From: Candidatus Woesearchaeota archaeon
Lineage (GTDB): Archaea; Nanobdellota; Nanobdellia; Woesearchaeales; B72-G16
DNA: 63,942 nt
Reading direction: 5' to 3'
NCBI GenBank assembly: GCA_003650545.1
Contig: QMQO01000004.1
Coordinates: 1 to 63,942, forward strand
The first letter of the stretch is position 1. Each line of letters starts with the position of its first letter. Positions 29,034-38,037 of the stretch are shown here, in pieces. The notes below the pieces were generated by a model that searched no databases, was not told the origin of the DNA, and saw nothing but the letters and a program-made list of their open reading frames with translations. Made by a program: the position numbers and the translations under genes.

Positions 29034-29070
29034 ACTCTAATATATATATTAGAAATATATATATTAGAGT
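29034..29070. repeat. 17-bp perfect inverted repeat with a 3-nt spacer
   Basis: ACTCTAATATATATATT-AGA-AATATATATATTAGAGT. It lies upstream of the glutaredoxin-like gene. Confidence 0.7.
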
Positions 29071-29132
29071 ATATGATGAGGTTAACAATTTATTCTAGAA
29101 ACAAAAAGGTTTCATTCAAAAATAATTAAAAA

Positions 29133-29627
29133 TTAATTTTTAAACTCAATTAAAGCTTTTAATTCATCATGAACAATCTCTTTTGTATCCGATTTAATTT
29201 TAAAATTAAGCGTGTTGATTCTTTCTGTTAAATACGTTATGTTCCAGACCTGGCCAAAATCATGCAAAACATGCAAAATAGCAATTATCTTAGCTGGTTT
29301 GTCCTGTGGATACTTTTTGCATTGAAGCTCTTGGCACACTTTTAGGATTTCATTCAAGCTGAATTTTATCTTTTTGACATCTAATTGCTCAATAATATTA
29401 TTCTGTTTGATAATCTCGTTGTCTTCACTAACACTTATTTCTGCACCAAGAGTAAATGACGTGATTGTATCGTTATTCTTTTTATAATAGCCAAGCTGCC
29501 AATCTGTCTCATGATTCTTTTCCATCATGATAAATGCATATGTTAAATAAGATTCTGGGTTTTGCTTTTTCCACTGCTTAAAAACATTAGAGTTCTCTAA
29601 CATTTCAACAGCTTCTGGCACTTCCAT
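29133..29627 (-). CDS. Hypothetical protein
   Basis: 164-aa ORF with an ATG start. I recognised no motif. It has two similar halves (..DWQLGYYKK.. / ..QVWNITYLT..). Confidence 0.45.
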   Translation of the reverse strand: MEVPEAVEMLENSNVFKQWKKQNPESYLTYAFIMMEKNHETDWQLGYYKKNNDTITSFTLGAEISVSEDNEIIKQNNIIEQLDVKKIKFSLNEILKVCQELQCKKYPQDKPAKIIAILHVLHDFGQVWNITYLTERINTLNFKIKSDTKEIVHDELKALIEFKN

Positions 29628-29680
29628 ATTTACTTTAAAAAAATGAAAACTTTATATTTGTTTGGGTTTTCTACTAGGTA

Positions 29681-30598
29681 ATGATATCTGAAGCCAAAAA
29701 AAAGGATCTAGAAAAACAAGGATATAGAATAGTTGGCAATCATTCTGCTATAAAACTCTGTCTTTGGTGCAAAAAGGCAATTAGAAATGAAGACACTTGC
29801 TACAAAAACACATTTTATGGTATTAAGTCTCATCGTTGCATTCAGATGACTCCTTCTTTACAGACATGTAGCCATCGTTGTTATTTCTGCTGGAGGGACA
29901 TAGACTGGACAAAAGCAAAATGGGAAGGTCCTGTAGATAGCCCAGAAGAAATTGTTGACGGTTGCATAAGAGAGCACATTAAATACATACAAGGCTTTAA
30001 AGGTACTATGGATACAACCGATGCTAAGAAATTTAAGGAAGCATTAGAACCATTACATTTTGCTATTTCATTAAGTGGAGAACCGTGCTCATATCCAGAA
30101 CTACCTAAATTGATTGACGAAATAAAGAGACGGAAAATGACAGCTTTCTTAGTTACAAATGGAACAATTCCAGATATGATTAAAAAGTTAGCTAAAAAAC
30201 ATGAGCCAACACAATTATATATAACTTTGCCAGCACCAGATGAAAAAACTTACAAAAAAGTCTGTTCTCCAATGATTAGAGATGGTTGGTTAAGGATAAT
30301 GGAATCTTTAGCTAGTCTAAAAGATTTTGAATGCAACACTGTCATCAGATTAACATTAGTAAAAGGCATCAACATGTTTAATCCAGCTGGCTATGCAGCA
30401 ATCATTAAAAAATATCAACCAGTATATGTCGAAGCTAAAGCATATGTTTGGGTTGGTCATAGCAGAGAGCGTTTAGGAATAGAATCTATGCCCCAACACC
30501 AAGAAATTAAATCTTTTGCAGAGGATTTATCAGAGCTTTCTGACTATAAAATTGTTAATGAAAAAAAAGAAAGTAGAGTTTTATTGCTAAAAAGATAG
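29681..30598 (+). CDS. taw1: 4-demethylwyosine synthase (Taw1/TYW1, radical SAM)
   Basis: LEKQGYRIVGNHSAIKLCLWCKK, HRCIQMTPSLQTCSHRCYFCWR (radical SAM CxxxCxxC variant), AISLSGEPCSYPEL and a TYW1-like C-terminus. Confidence 0.85.
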   Translation: MISEAKKKDLEKQGYRIVGNHSAIKLCLWCKKAIRNEDTCYKNTFYGIKSHRCIQMTPSLQTCSHRCYFCWRDIDWTKAKWEGPVDSPEEIVDGCIREHIKYIQGFKGTMDTTDAKKFKEALEPLHFAISLSGEPCSYPELPKLIDEIKRRKMTAFLVTNGTIPDMIKKLAKKHEPTQLYITLPAPDEKTYKKVCSPMIRDGWLRIMESLASLKDFECNTVIRLTLVKGINMFNPAGYAAIIKKYQPVYVEAKAYVWVGHSRERLGIESMPQHQEIKSFAEDLSELSDYKIVNEKKESRVLLLKR

Positions 30599-30931
30599 CT
30601 ATTTAATAATAACGTCTTCAAATATATCAAATAATTTATTTTTAACATCTTCTGCTTGAAAAAACTCATCAACGACTTGTTCTATATCTCCTGATTTTTG
30701 TGAAATATAATTTTGAAGACCTTTTAATAACTCAAGTTTTAACTTGTCTCTTGGAACATTATTTAAAATATCGCAACATTCTACACCATGACTAGTTTGA
30801 TATAAACTGTCAAGGAATGCGTCTATTTCAGGTTGATATTTTTGAATAAAATGCGAAGAAAGTAATTTTCTCATTAAAAGTGATGGCAAAGCATCCTTGT
30901 ATTTCTCATCTGTTGGTTTTTCGCTATTCAT
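30599..30931 (-). CDS. Hypothetical helical protein
   Basis: 110-aa ORF with an ATG start and no recognised motif. Confidence 0.4.
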   Translation of the reverse strand: MNSEKPTDEKYKDALPSLLMRKLLSSHFIQKYQPEIDAFLDSLYQTSHGVECCDILNNVPRDKLKLELLKGLQNYISQKSGDIEQVVDEFFQAEDVKNKLFDIFEDVIIK

Positions 30932-30943
30932 TTTAAAAAAATG

Positions 30944-31000
30944 AAGGTTAAAGGGTGAGTTGTGGGGGATTATCTTCAGAAAGATAAACCCTTTAACCTT
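30944..31000 (-). other. 57-nt extended hairpin followed, on the minus strand, by a T7 run
   Basis: AAGGTTAAAGGGT (30944-30956) pairs perfectly with ACCCTTTAACCTT (30988-31000). The inner 7-bp stem is TTATCTT/AAGATAA (30970-30976 / 30981-30987) with loop CAGA. A 13-nt one-sided bulge lies at 30957-69. Confidence 0.6.
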
Positions 31001-31207
31001 GCAATCATATATAATAGTAGTAATATTACTAATATATAAATGTTTCGTTACTGAAAAGTAGTCATAGAAGTCGTATCTTGTCTATTTTTGATTACTAGCA
31101 TTTTTAAAAACCACCACAAATTATACACTTTCAGACCTGAATATAGAAAATTCCAGATTTTGAAACCGCATAATTCTTGAGTTAGAAGTGCTCTAACTTA
31201 TGTTTTC

Positions 31208-31824
31208 TTATGTTTCAAAAACCATACCATAATGTCCAGGATTTACAATCAAGGTATTGCCTATTTTATCTTGTTTTCCTTCACACTCATGTATATGTCC
31301 ACAGAACATTATATCGATTTTATTTTTCTTAACAAAATCAACATAATCCTTACAGCCAACATGGCTATCTATTACTTTATCCAGCTTAGTACCGTATGGT
31401 GGCCCGTGAGCTACAAACACAATTTTCAAGTTGGGAATCTTTTTTCTAGCAACCTCTATAGCTTTTTTAAACACTTTAGCTTGTTTTTGAAATATAGGAT
31501 CTTTTAGAGCAAAACCGCCGCCGCCATAGCCAATAAACATTACGCCATCCAAAGAAAGTGCTGCTTTATGTAAAAGAAAATATTGTGTTTATTCCTTTCC
31601 ACTGCTTTTTTCATCTCACTTGCTTCCTCGTGATTCCCATGTAAAATTAGAACAGGTAAACCTATCTTACCGACTTCGTCTATTAACTTGTCTAGATCTT
31701 TGCTAAAAACTGATATATCCCCGCAATGTACAATCACATCTACTTTTTTCTTTTTTGCTAGCGCCGCAGCCTTCTTTATAGCTGTAAAACTTCCATGATT
31801 ATCTGTAAACGCCAGTATCTTCAT
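31208..31824 (-). pseudogene. Frameshifted YfcE/MJ0936-like metallophosphoesterase (two overlapping ORFs)
   Basis: The upstream ORF carries ILAFTDNHG, VHCGDIS and ILHGNHE. The downstream ORF, in another frame, carries FIGYGGGG, VAHGPP and CGHIHE. Together they make one complete enzyme. The frames switch near 31540-31575, at an A4-G-A4 run. Confidence 0.75.
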
Positions 31825-31881
31825 TTGTGAAATTAAAGAAAACAATAAACTATTTATATATGTTTTTGTTAGTAAAAAGCT

Positions 31882-32535
31882 ATGAAAACTTTTTCAAAAA
31901 CAGAAAGAAATTACTACAAAGCGTTATTTAGTCCAGCTAACATAATCACCACCACAAGATTAATTCTTTTATTCGTGCTTGTTATATTCCTTTACCTAAA
32001 TAAAAACATTACAAATTTAATCAGCCTTGGTCTAATAGTGATAATTCTTCTATTGGACACATTAGATGGATATGTAGCTCGAAAGTTGAAGTGCGAAACA
32101 AAGATTGGCTCAGTGTATGATATTGCAGCCGACAGAATTGTTGAAAACGTTCTATGGATCGTATTCACCGGCTTAGGTCTTATACCAATATGGATACCAA
32201 TAATTGTTTTAACACGCGGCTTTATCACAGATTCCATCAGAAGTTATGCAATGTCTCTTGGAAAGACACCCTATAAGATAAAATATTCAAAGCTGGGTGG
32301 CTTTATCATCACATCATTATTCATGCGCGGTTTTTATGGTGCAGCAAAAGCTGTAAGTTTCTTCTTATTAATTCTCATCATCACCATGCAAAATTATACA
32401 CAAGTAAATTTTATTGCCATCTTGTTGCCATATGTTAATATTGCAACAAAAATAGTTGTCTACCTCACCGTTATACTCTGCATCATCCGCGGCATTCCCG
32501 TTATAACAGAAAGCAAAAAATTGTTTATTGAATAA
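31882..32535 (+). CDS. CDP-alcohol phosphatidyltransferase family lipid synthase
   Basis: DTLDGYVARKLKCETKIGSVYDIAADRI = D(x)2DG(x)2AR(x)8G(x)3D(x)3D. Multiple TM helices. Confidence 0.8.
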   Translation: MKTFSKTERNYYKALFSPANIITTTRLILLFVLVIFLYLNKNITNLISLGLIVIILLLDTLDGYVARKLKCETKIGSVYDIAADRIVENVLWIVFTGLGLIPIWIPIIVLTRGFITDSIRSYAMSLGKTPYKIKYSKLGGFIITSLFMRGFYGAAKAVSFFLLILIITMQNYTQVNFIAILLPYVNIATKIVVYLTVILCIIRGIPVITESKKLFIE

Positions 32536-32669
32536 CAATAATAACTAATAAATAACTAACATTATAACCAACCTATTTTTGACAATGCTTTCTGCATTTA
32601 TTGAGAATATTTCTTTATTTCTCTATATAACAAATAAACAAATAAAAACAAAAATATGATGTGATTTTT

Positions 32670-33755
32670 CTAATATACACTATAATAATCTTCTAGAATC
32701 AATTTATCAACATTCTCTAGATCACGAATAACGTATAATCTTCCACCCCCAAGGAGAGTCATCTGCTCGGCCAACTTCTTTGCCTTGTCCTTTAGGCCGA
32801 TGCCTACAAGAGAAACAGTAATTCCACTGCTCCTTGCTATACTAACCTGCTCCAAGATTTGTTCTTCTGTACCTATTGTCGGCACAGCGTCTGTCAACAA
32901 CAGCAAATGTTTTGTCACTTCCTCTTGCGAAAACAACTCAATTGCTTTTTTCAAAGTTTCCACGAAATTAGTTTCTTTGGATGCACGAACACGAACTATC
33001 CTTTCAAGCAACATACTGAAATCAGAACAAGGTCTAATTGCCTCTTTAACATCGGAGCCAAACACGATAAGACCAACTTTATCTTTATTCATCACAGCAT
33101 TATATGCAAGAGCAACCCCAGCTCGTTTACTAGCCTCTACTTTTTTCCCTTTCATACTGCCTGAGGCGTCTATTGCATAAATAATCTCGATCTGACCTTT
33201 TGACTGCCTCTCAAACAATTTAAGATCTTCAATCTCAAGTTTTTTATGGCCCCGTCTAATCGCTGTCTTGATGCTCCTCCTAATAGCCAAATCCTTATAT
33301 CTACCTCCTTTATAATAATCCTTAATATCTTGCACCCCCCCATATATATACGTCCTTTTATGAACTCTTTCACCATACATCCCCTGAGGTAATAAATCAT
33401 CAAGCTCCTCCATGTACATCACAATAGACGCTAACTTGAATCCTTTATTGGTTATAAAGCCTTGCTTATCAACAAGGCCAGAATCCTTTAACTTTTCAAA
33501 ATTATCTTTCAACTTATTTTTAAGCTCACGTTGAAACTCAGGAACATTAATATTCTTCTCAAGATAACTTGCATCATAACCCGCCAACATTCTCAGTAAA
33601 ATTTCACCATAAAGCTGCTTTGCCATCTTATAGTTACTGACAAGATTCTCAAACATTAAATCAGGCATAAAACTACTCAATCCTTGGTTAACAGCCTCAT
33701 TTATTATCTTACCCTCCTCAATCTTCTCTTCTTTCGCTTCTAAAATAGAATGCAT
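32670..33755 (-). CDS. von Willebrand factor A (VWA) domain protein with an N-terminal helical region
   Basis: MIDAS motif IYAIDASGSMKG, then LLLLTDAVPT and VSLVGIG. The frame stays open upstream to the stop of the AAA gene, so a non-ATG start is possible. Confidence 0.75.
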   Translation of the reverse strand: MHSILEAKEEKIEEGKIINEAVNQGLSSFMPDLMFENLVSNYKMAKQLYGEILLRMLAGYDASYLEKNINVPEFQRELKNKLKDNFEKLKDSGLVDKQGFITNKGFKLASIVMYMEELDDLLPQGMYGERVHKRTYIYGGVQDIKDYYKGGRYKDLAIRRSIKTAIRRGHKKLEIEDLKLFERQSKGQIEIIYAIDASGSMKGKKVEASKRAGVALAYNAVMNKDKVGLIVFGSDVKEAIRPCSDFSMLLERIVRVRASKETNFVETLKKAIELFSQEEVTKHLLLLTDAVPTIGTEEQILEQVSIARSSGITVSLVGIGLKDKAKKLAEQMTLLGGGRLYVIRDLENVDKLILEDYYSVY

Positions 33756-33870
33756 TAATTTTTTTTCTTCTTGTTTGCTTAACTTTCCTGCTAACTCTTC
33801 AATTTTTTCTTTTTTGGCTATCTCTATTTTTTTCTGTTTCCAGCTTACCTCTTCACCTGCTAGCTTCCAG

Positions 33871-34908
33871 TCACCCTACATGACCTTCTTTCTTAAATTC
33901 AGGATGCTCTTCTGCAAACTTTTGTATTTCTTCCTTTAAGAACTCTGTTGGAGTTTGTAAATACTTAACGCTTGGCTTAAGTTTTATCCTATGGCTGATC
34001 ACAGAAAGCATTGCTTCGCTTACATCTTGGTAAATTACGTTCTTTCTTCCAGCTAACACAGCGTTTGCCTGTGCTCTTTCATAAAGACCAAGAGTTGCTC
34101 TAACAGAAGGCTTTCTCTCAAGTTTATCATTCTCCCTAAGTTCTCGCACAAACTGTATAGTTGCGTTCAGCAATCCTAAAGGAAAATTAGCCAGCTCGAT
34201 CTTCTTACTTTTCAAAATTTCTCGCTCATGATCCAATGTCTCTGGATAATCCATATACACAACATCAAACCTGTCCAAGAAAACATCACTAAGCTTCTCT
34301 GTTCCTGTGAAATCCTCGGGATTCATCGTACCGATAAAGATAAAGTTTGCAGGGATATCTACATCATAACTTCCAATTGTAGCCTTTCCTTCCTGTAATA
34401 CTTGTAGCATCGCATTCTGCAACTTTTCAGGAGCTCTATTAACCTCGTCAAAGAATAGTATACCATTGTTAGCCTTAAAGATCTTACCTGGTGAGAAAGC
34501 CTCAATTGATAAAGGTCCATACTTCATTGCTTTTATTGGATCGATATCACCAAGCAGATCTTCCACTGTCAAATCAGGACTACCTTGTATCCTGATAAAC
34601 CTCAATTCTCCTGGTACCTTTTCTTTAACTAATGCTTTTTTAGCTCGAGCCTTAGACTTACATTCTGGACAGATAAGATTATCAGGAGTACAATGGAATG
34701 AACAACCCTTCACCACATCGATTTCTGGCAGCAATTTAGCTATGTTTCTAGCCATTGTTGTTTTCCCAATACCAGGTGGTCCTACTATTATAAAGTGTCT
34801 GCCAACAAAAAGTGCGCTTCTCATCTGATTTTTAGCCTGCTCTTGGCCAATTATATCTGTAAAAATATCCTTCTGTATTAATTTATTCTTGATTTGCTCA
34901 ACAATCAT
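33871..34908 (-). CDS. AAA+ ATPase of the ChlI/BchI-MoxR clade with a Cys4 insertion
   Basis: Walker A GPPGIGKTT, Walker B ILFFDEVN, IFIGTMNPED and sensor LDRFD. The insertion is GCSFHCTPDNLICPECKSK. Confidence 0.8.
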   Translation of the reverse strand: MIVEQIKNKLIQKDIFTDIIGQEQAKNQMRSALFVGRHFIIVGPPGIGKTTMARNIAKLLPEIDVVKGCSFHCTPDNLICPECKSKARAKKALVKEKVPGELRFIRIQGSPDLTVEDLLGDIDPIKAMKYGPLSIEAFSPGKIFKANNGILFFDEVNRAPEKLQNAMLQVLQEGKATIGSYDVDIPANFIFIGTMNPEDFTGTEKLSDVFLDRFDVVYMDYPETLDHEREILKSKKIELANFPLGLLNATIQFVRELRENDKLERKPSVRATLGLYERAQANAVLAGRKNVIYQDVSEAMLSVISHRIKLKPSVKYLQTPTEFLKEEIQKFAEEHPEFKKEGHVG

Positions 34909-35044
34909 ATTATCCCTCCACGAAACTCTTAAACATCATTCTATGAAGAACATCATATAAATAGTTTTTGGTTAATCACCATCAAAAACTCAATCAAGAA
35001 TAGAAAACTATATAAAAAGGAAAATATAAAAACTTTGACTTTCT

Positions 35045-35752
35045 ATGATATGTATGCAGCCGCAACGTGTCCAAAAGATCATAGCTAATTCTGGCTTTTG
35101 CTCTAGAAGAAAAGCTAAAGAATTGATAAAAGCTGGAAAAGTAATAGTAAATAACCGAAAAATAAAGATAGGTGAAAAGATCCCTCCGGAATCAAAAATC
35201 ATTATCGGTAAACAGATTATAAAAAAACCAAAAAAAGTATATATCATGTTAAATAAACCTCGCGGCTATATCACTACCCTTTCTGATCCATTCAACAGAA
35301 AAACAGTAATACAGCTAATAGACATCCCTGAACGGATTTACCCAATAGGGAGGCTAGATCGCGATGTCGAAGGTCTTCTTTTACTAACAAATGACGGTGA
35401 GATTGCAAACAAAATCATGCACCCAAGCTACGAAATTCCAAAAACATATTATGTAAAGTTAGATAAACCAATTACAAAAGCCATAATTGCAAAAATCCAT
35501 CAAGGAGTGAAAATAGAAAAACAAAAAGTACGTGGAAAAATAAAAAAAATAAGCAAAGATATCTGTGAACTCACAATCCACCTGGGCACCAATAAGATTG
35601 TAAAACGCATTTTTAAGAAACTAGACTACCATGTTGTTTATATGCGTAGAATAAAGATCGGTAAGCTTTCCATAAGAAATCTTAAAGTAGGAAAGTGGCG
35701 TTATCTGAATAAAAGTGAATTAACAGGATTATTTCAAAAATCCAAAAATTAA
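35045..35752 (+). CDS. RsuA/RluB-family pseudouridine synthase with an S4 domain
   Basis: S4 motif RVQKIIANSGFCSRRKAKELIKAGKV and catalytic GRLDRDVEGLLLLTNDG. Confidence 0.85.
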   Translation: MICMQPQRVQKIIANSGFCSRRKAKELIKAGKVIVNNRKIKIGEKIPPESKIIIGKQIIKKPKKVYIMLNKPRGYITTLSDPFNRKTVIQLIDIPERIYPIGRLDRDVEGLLLLTNDGEIANKIMHPSYEIPKTYYVKLDKPITKAIIAKIHQGVKIEKQKVRGKIKKISKDICELTIHLGTNKIVKRIFKKLDYHVVYMRRIKIGKLSIRNLKVGKWRYLNKSELTGLFQKSKN

Positions 35753-35860
35753 TCAAATAAAAAATTACAAAGATGTGCATATATGATCAAATCAGTGCTA
35801 CAAGAGAAGTTAATACGGATAATAATTCTTAATTTTATTTTACTGTTTTTCTTAATTTTA

Positions 35861-36754
35861 TTACTGTTTCTTTAACATCTTTAACTTTTCAAGCAATAGA
35901 CAAGCATTACACAATTTCTTCAATGTGGGTTCCCCGCATTTTTCACATTCTTTTAATTGTTGGTCTGTCCTAAAATACACCTTAAGTCTAGGGAGCTGCT
36001 TAATGAAATCGTACACCAACGCCTTAACGCTTCCAGGATACTTATTCTCAAATTTTTTAAGTTCGCTTCTAACTTTATTTCTGAAAGAGTGTGCAATATT
36101 AGGACAACCCCCAACAAAATGATAAAAACCTTTTATTTTAGCGTATGTGATGACCTCTTTTTCAGAACAAAAATATAGTGGTTTAACCTTAAGTGTAAAT
36201 TTTTTATGTCTAAGAGTGCCAACTAATGGTCCAAGTCTTGATGAAATTCCGAGATTGTTCTTCAAAAAATTCATTAAAATGCTTTCTGCTTCATCGTCCA
36301 TATTATGCGCTATAGCTAGTTTGTCATAACCTCTACTATACTTATTCAATAAGTACTTTCTCAAAACACCACACACCGTACACGGATGCTTCAACTTCTG
36401 AATCATCTCGTCTAAGGTTTTACCAAACTCTTGCTTGAAAGAATAGACCTTCCATTTAATACTATTCCTCTTACAAAATTCTTCTGCATATTTCAAAGTT
36501 TTTTCCCTATAGCTACCAATACCCTCATCGATTGAAATGGCTTCGACATTTTCATACCATTTCTGCAACAGATACAGCAAAGTTAAGGAGTCTTTTCCTC
36601 CAGACACTCCCACAATTATTTTTTCTCCCTCATTTATCAGTTTATAATCCAAAATAGTTTTCTTAATTTTTGTCTCAAAATATATAATAAAATGCTTCTC
36701 GCACAACCTAGGCGAATCGATCACAGCTTTCTTGTTACATTTCGTGCATTTCAT
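35861..36754 (-). CDS. PP-loop tRNA 2-thiolation enzyme (TtuA/Ncs6-NcsA family)
   Basis: N-terminal Zn finger CTKCNKK...C..H, PP-loop VGVSGGKDSLTLL, Fe-S ligand region HPCTVCGVLRK...VGGCPN, and C-terminal Zn finger CEKCGEP...CNAC. Confidence 0.8.
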   Translation of the reverse strand: MKCTKCNKKAVIDSPRLCEKHFIIYFETKIKKTILDYKLINEGEKIIVGVSGGKDSLTLLYLLQKWYENVEAISIDEGIGSYREKTLKYAEEFCKRNSIKWKVYSFKQEFGKTLDEMIQKLKHPCTVCGVLRKYLLNKYSRGYDKLAIAHNMDDEAESILMNFLKNNLGISSRLGPLVGTLRHKKFTLKVKPLYFCSEKEVITYAKIKGFYHFVGGCPNIAHSFRNKVRSELKKFENKYPGSVKALVYDFIKQLPRLKVYFRTDQQLKECEKCGEPTLKKLCNACLLLEKLKMLKKQ

Positions 36755-38037
36755 AACAATTCTCCCCTCAAATCATGTTTGCCTACATCATTAACTCTAA
36801 CTTTTATAACTTTTCCAATTAACTCTTCTCCAGTTGTCAAAACAACAGGCTTATAAGCATAGTTCCTTCCTACATAACTACCATTCTTGCCTATTTCATC
36901 AACAATTACGTTACCTTGCCAACCAAGCCACCTCTTATTTCTCTCAAAAGAAATCTCGCCAAAGGTTTTTGTTAGCTGTCTACTTCTATCTTTTATTAAT
37001 CCTCCAGGTAGACACTTCATTTTCTCTGCTATTGTACCGGGCCTTGGAAAAAACCGACTGATATTTAACACATCCGGTTGAACATCTTGCACCAGAACTA
37101 AACTCTCCTTGAATTGTTCATCTGTTTCTCCAGGGAAACCAACAATTATATCAGTCGCCAAAGTCAGCTCAGGAATCTCTTCTCTAAATGTCTGCACAAT
37201 AGCCCTAAAATCTTCAACTAAGTAATTTCGTTTCATTTTTTTAAGAATTTCATTACTGCCAGATTGCACTGGAACATGTAGAAACTTGAAAATCTTTTCA
37301 TTTTTATAAATCTCTATTAAATCTGTTAAATACTCATAAACAAAATTAGGATTCGTCATTCCTAAACGCACTTTGAAATCTCCAGGAATATTTAGTATAG
37401 CTTTTAGAAGCTTAGGTAAACTATTACCAGTATCTTTACCATAAGCACCACAATCTTGTGATGTTAACCAGATCTCTTTAACACCTTCAGCGATGGCTTT
37501 TTTAACAGAAGAAACAATAAAATCTTTTTTATAAGAAACCAAAGACCCTCGAGCTTGCTTGACAATACAATAGCTACAGTCACCGAGACAACCCTTTGCA
37601 ATTGGAACTATTTCAATCGCTTTGTTTATTCTTATTTTTGGTAAATTCAATCGTTTATTTTTATTCCTATCAATTTTATTCCTATCAATTAAAACTACTC
37701 TGTTGCCATTTGTTGTTTCTTTAACAACGTACGCAATCTCTTTTATATTATCTGTACCAACAAGAGAATATTTTTCTAGTACAGAGCGATAATGAGTCAC
37801 TTGGGGCATACAACCTGCTATTATAATTTGTTTGCCAATAAGCTTTTTAATAAATTTTAGTACTGTTGTCTCTGTTGGCGTTTTGACTATACATGTATTA
37901 ACGATAACTACGTCTGCTTCTTCAACTTTATTTACTAACTTATAGCCTGCCTGCTTTAACAAACCAGCCATTGTTTCACTATCTGAAGTGTTCAGACTGC
38001 ACCCGTATGATTTAATATAAATTTTCATTCTTTTCAT
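36751..38037 (-). CDS. Archaeal/eukaryal-type MiaB-like methylthiotransferase (MtaB/CDKAL1-like; radical SAM plus TRAM)
   Basis: UPF0004 N-domain IYIKSYGCSLNTSDSE, radical SAM GCLGDCSYCIV and a C-terminal TRAM-like domain. ATGA overlaps link it to both neighbours. Confidence 0.85.
   Translation of the reverse strand: MKRMKIYIKSYGCSLNTSDSETMAGLLKQAGYKLVNKVEEADVVIVNTCIVKTPTETTVLKFIKKLIGKQIIIAGCMPQVTHYRSVLEKYSLVGTDNIKEIAYVVKETTNGNRVVLIDRNKIDRNKNKRLNLPKIRINKAIEIVPIAKGCLGDCSYCIVKQARGSLVSYKKDFIVSSVKKAIAEGVKEIWLTSQDCGAYGKDTGNSLPKLLKAILNIPGDFKVRLGMTNPNFVYEYLTDLIEIYKNEKIFKFLHVPVQSGSNEILKKMKRNYLVEDFRAIVQTFREEIPELTLATDIIVGFPGETDEQFKESLVLVQDVQPDVLNISRFFPRPGTIAEKMKCLPGGLIKDRSRQLTKTFGEISFERNKRWLGWQGNVIVDEIGKNGSYVGRNYAYKPVVLTTGEELIGKVIKVRVNDVGKHDLRGELL

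Noticed and set aside
33756-33870. Possible N-terminal extension of the VWA protein, or a fusion with the AAA+ gene
   Set aside because: The frame is open back to the AAA stop codon, but it contains no ATG/GTG/TTG in a convincing context and differs in frame from the ATPase. I kept the ATG at 33755 and flagged the uncertainty.
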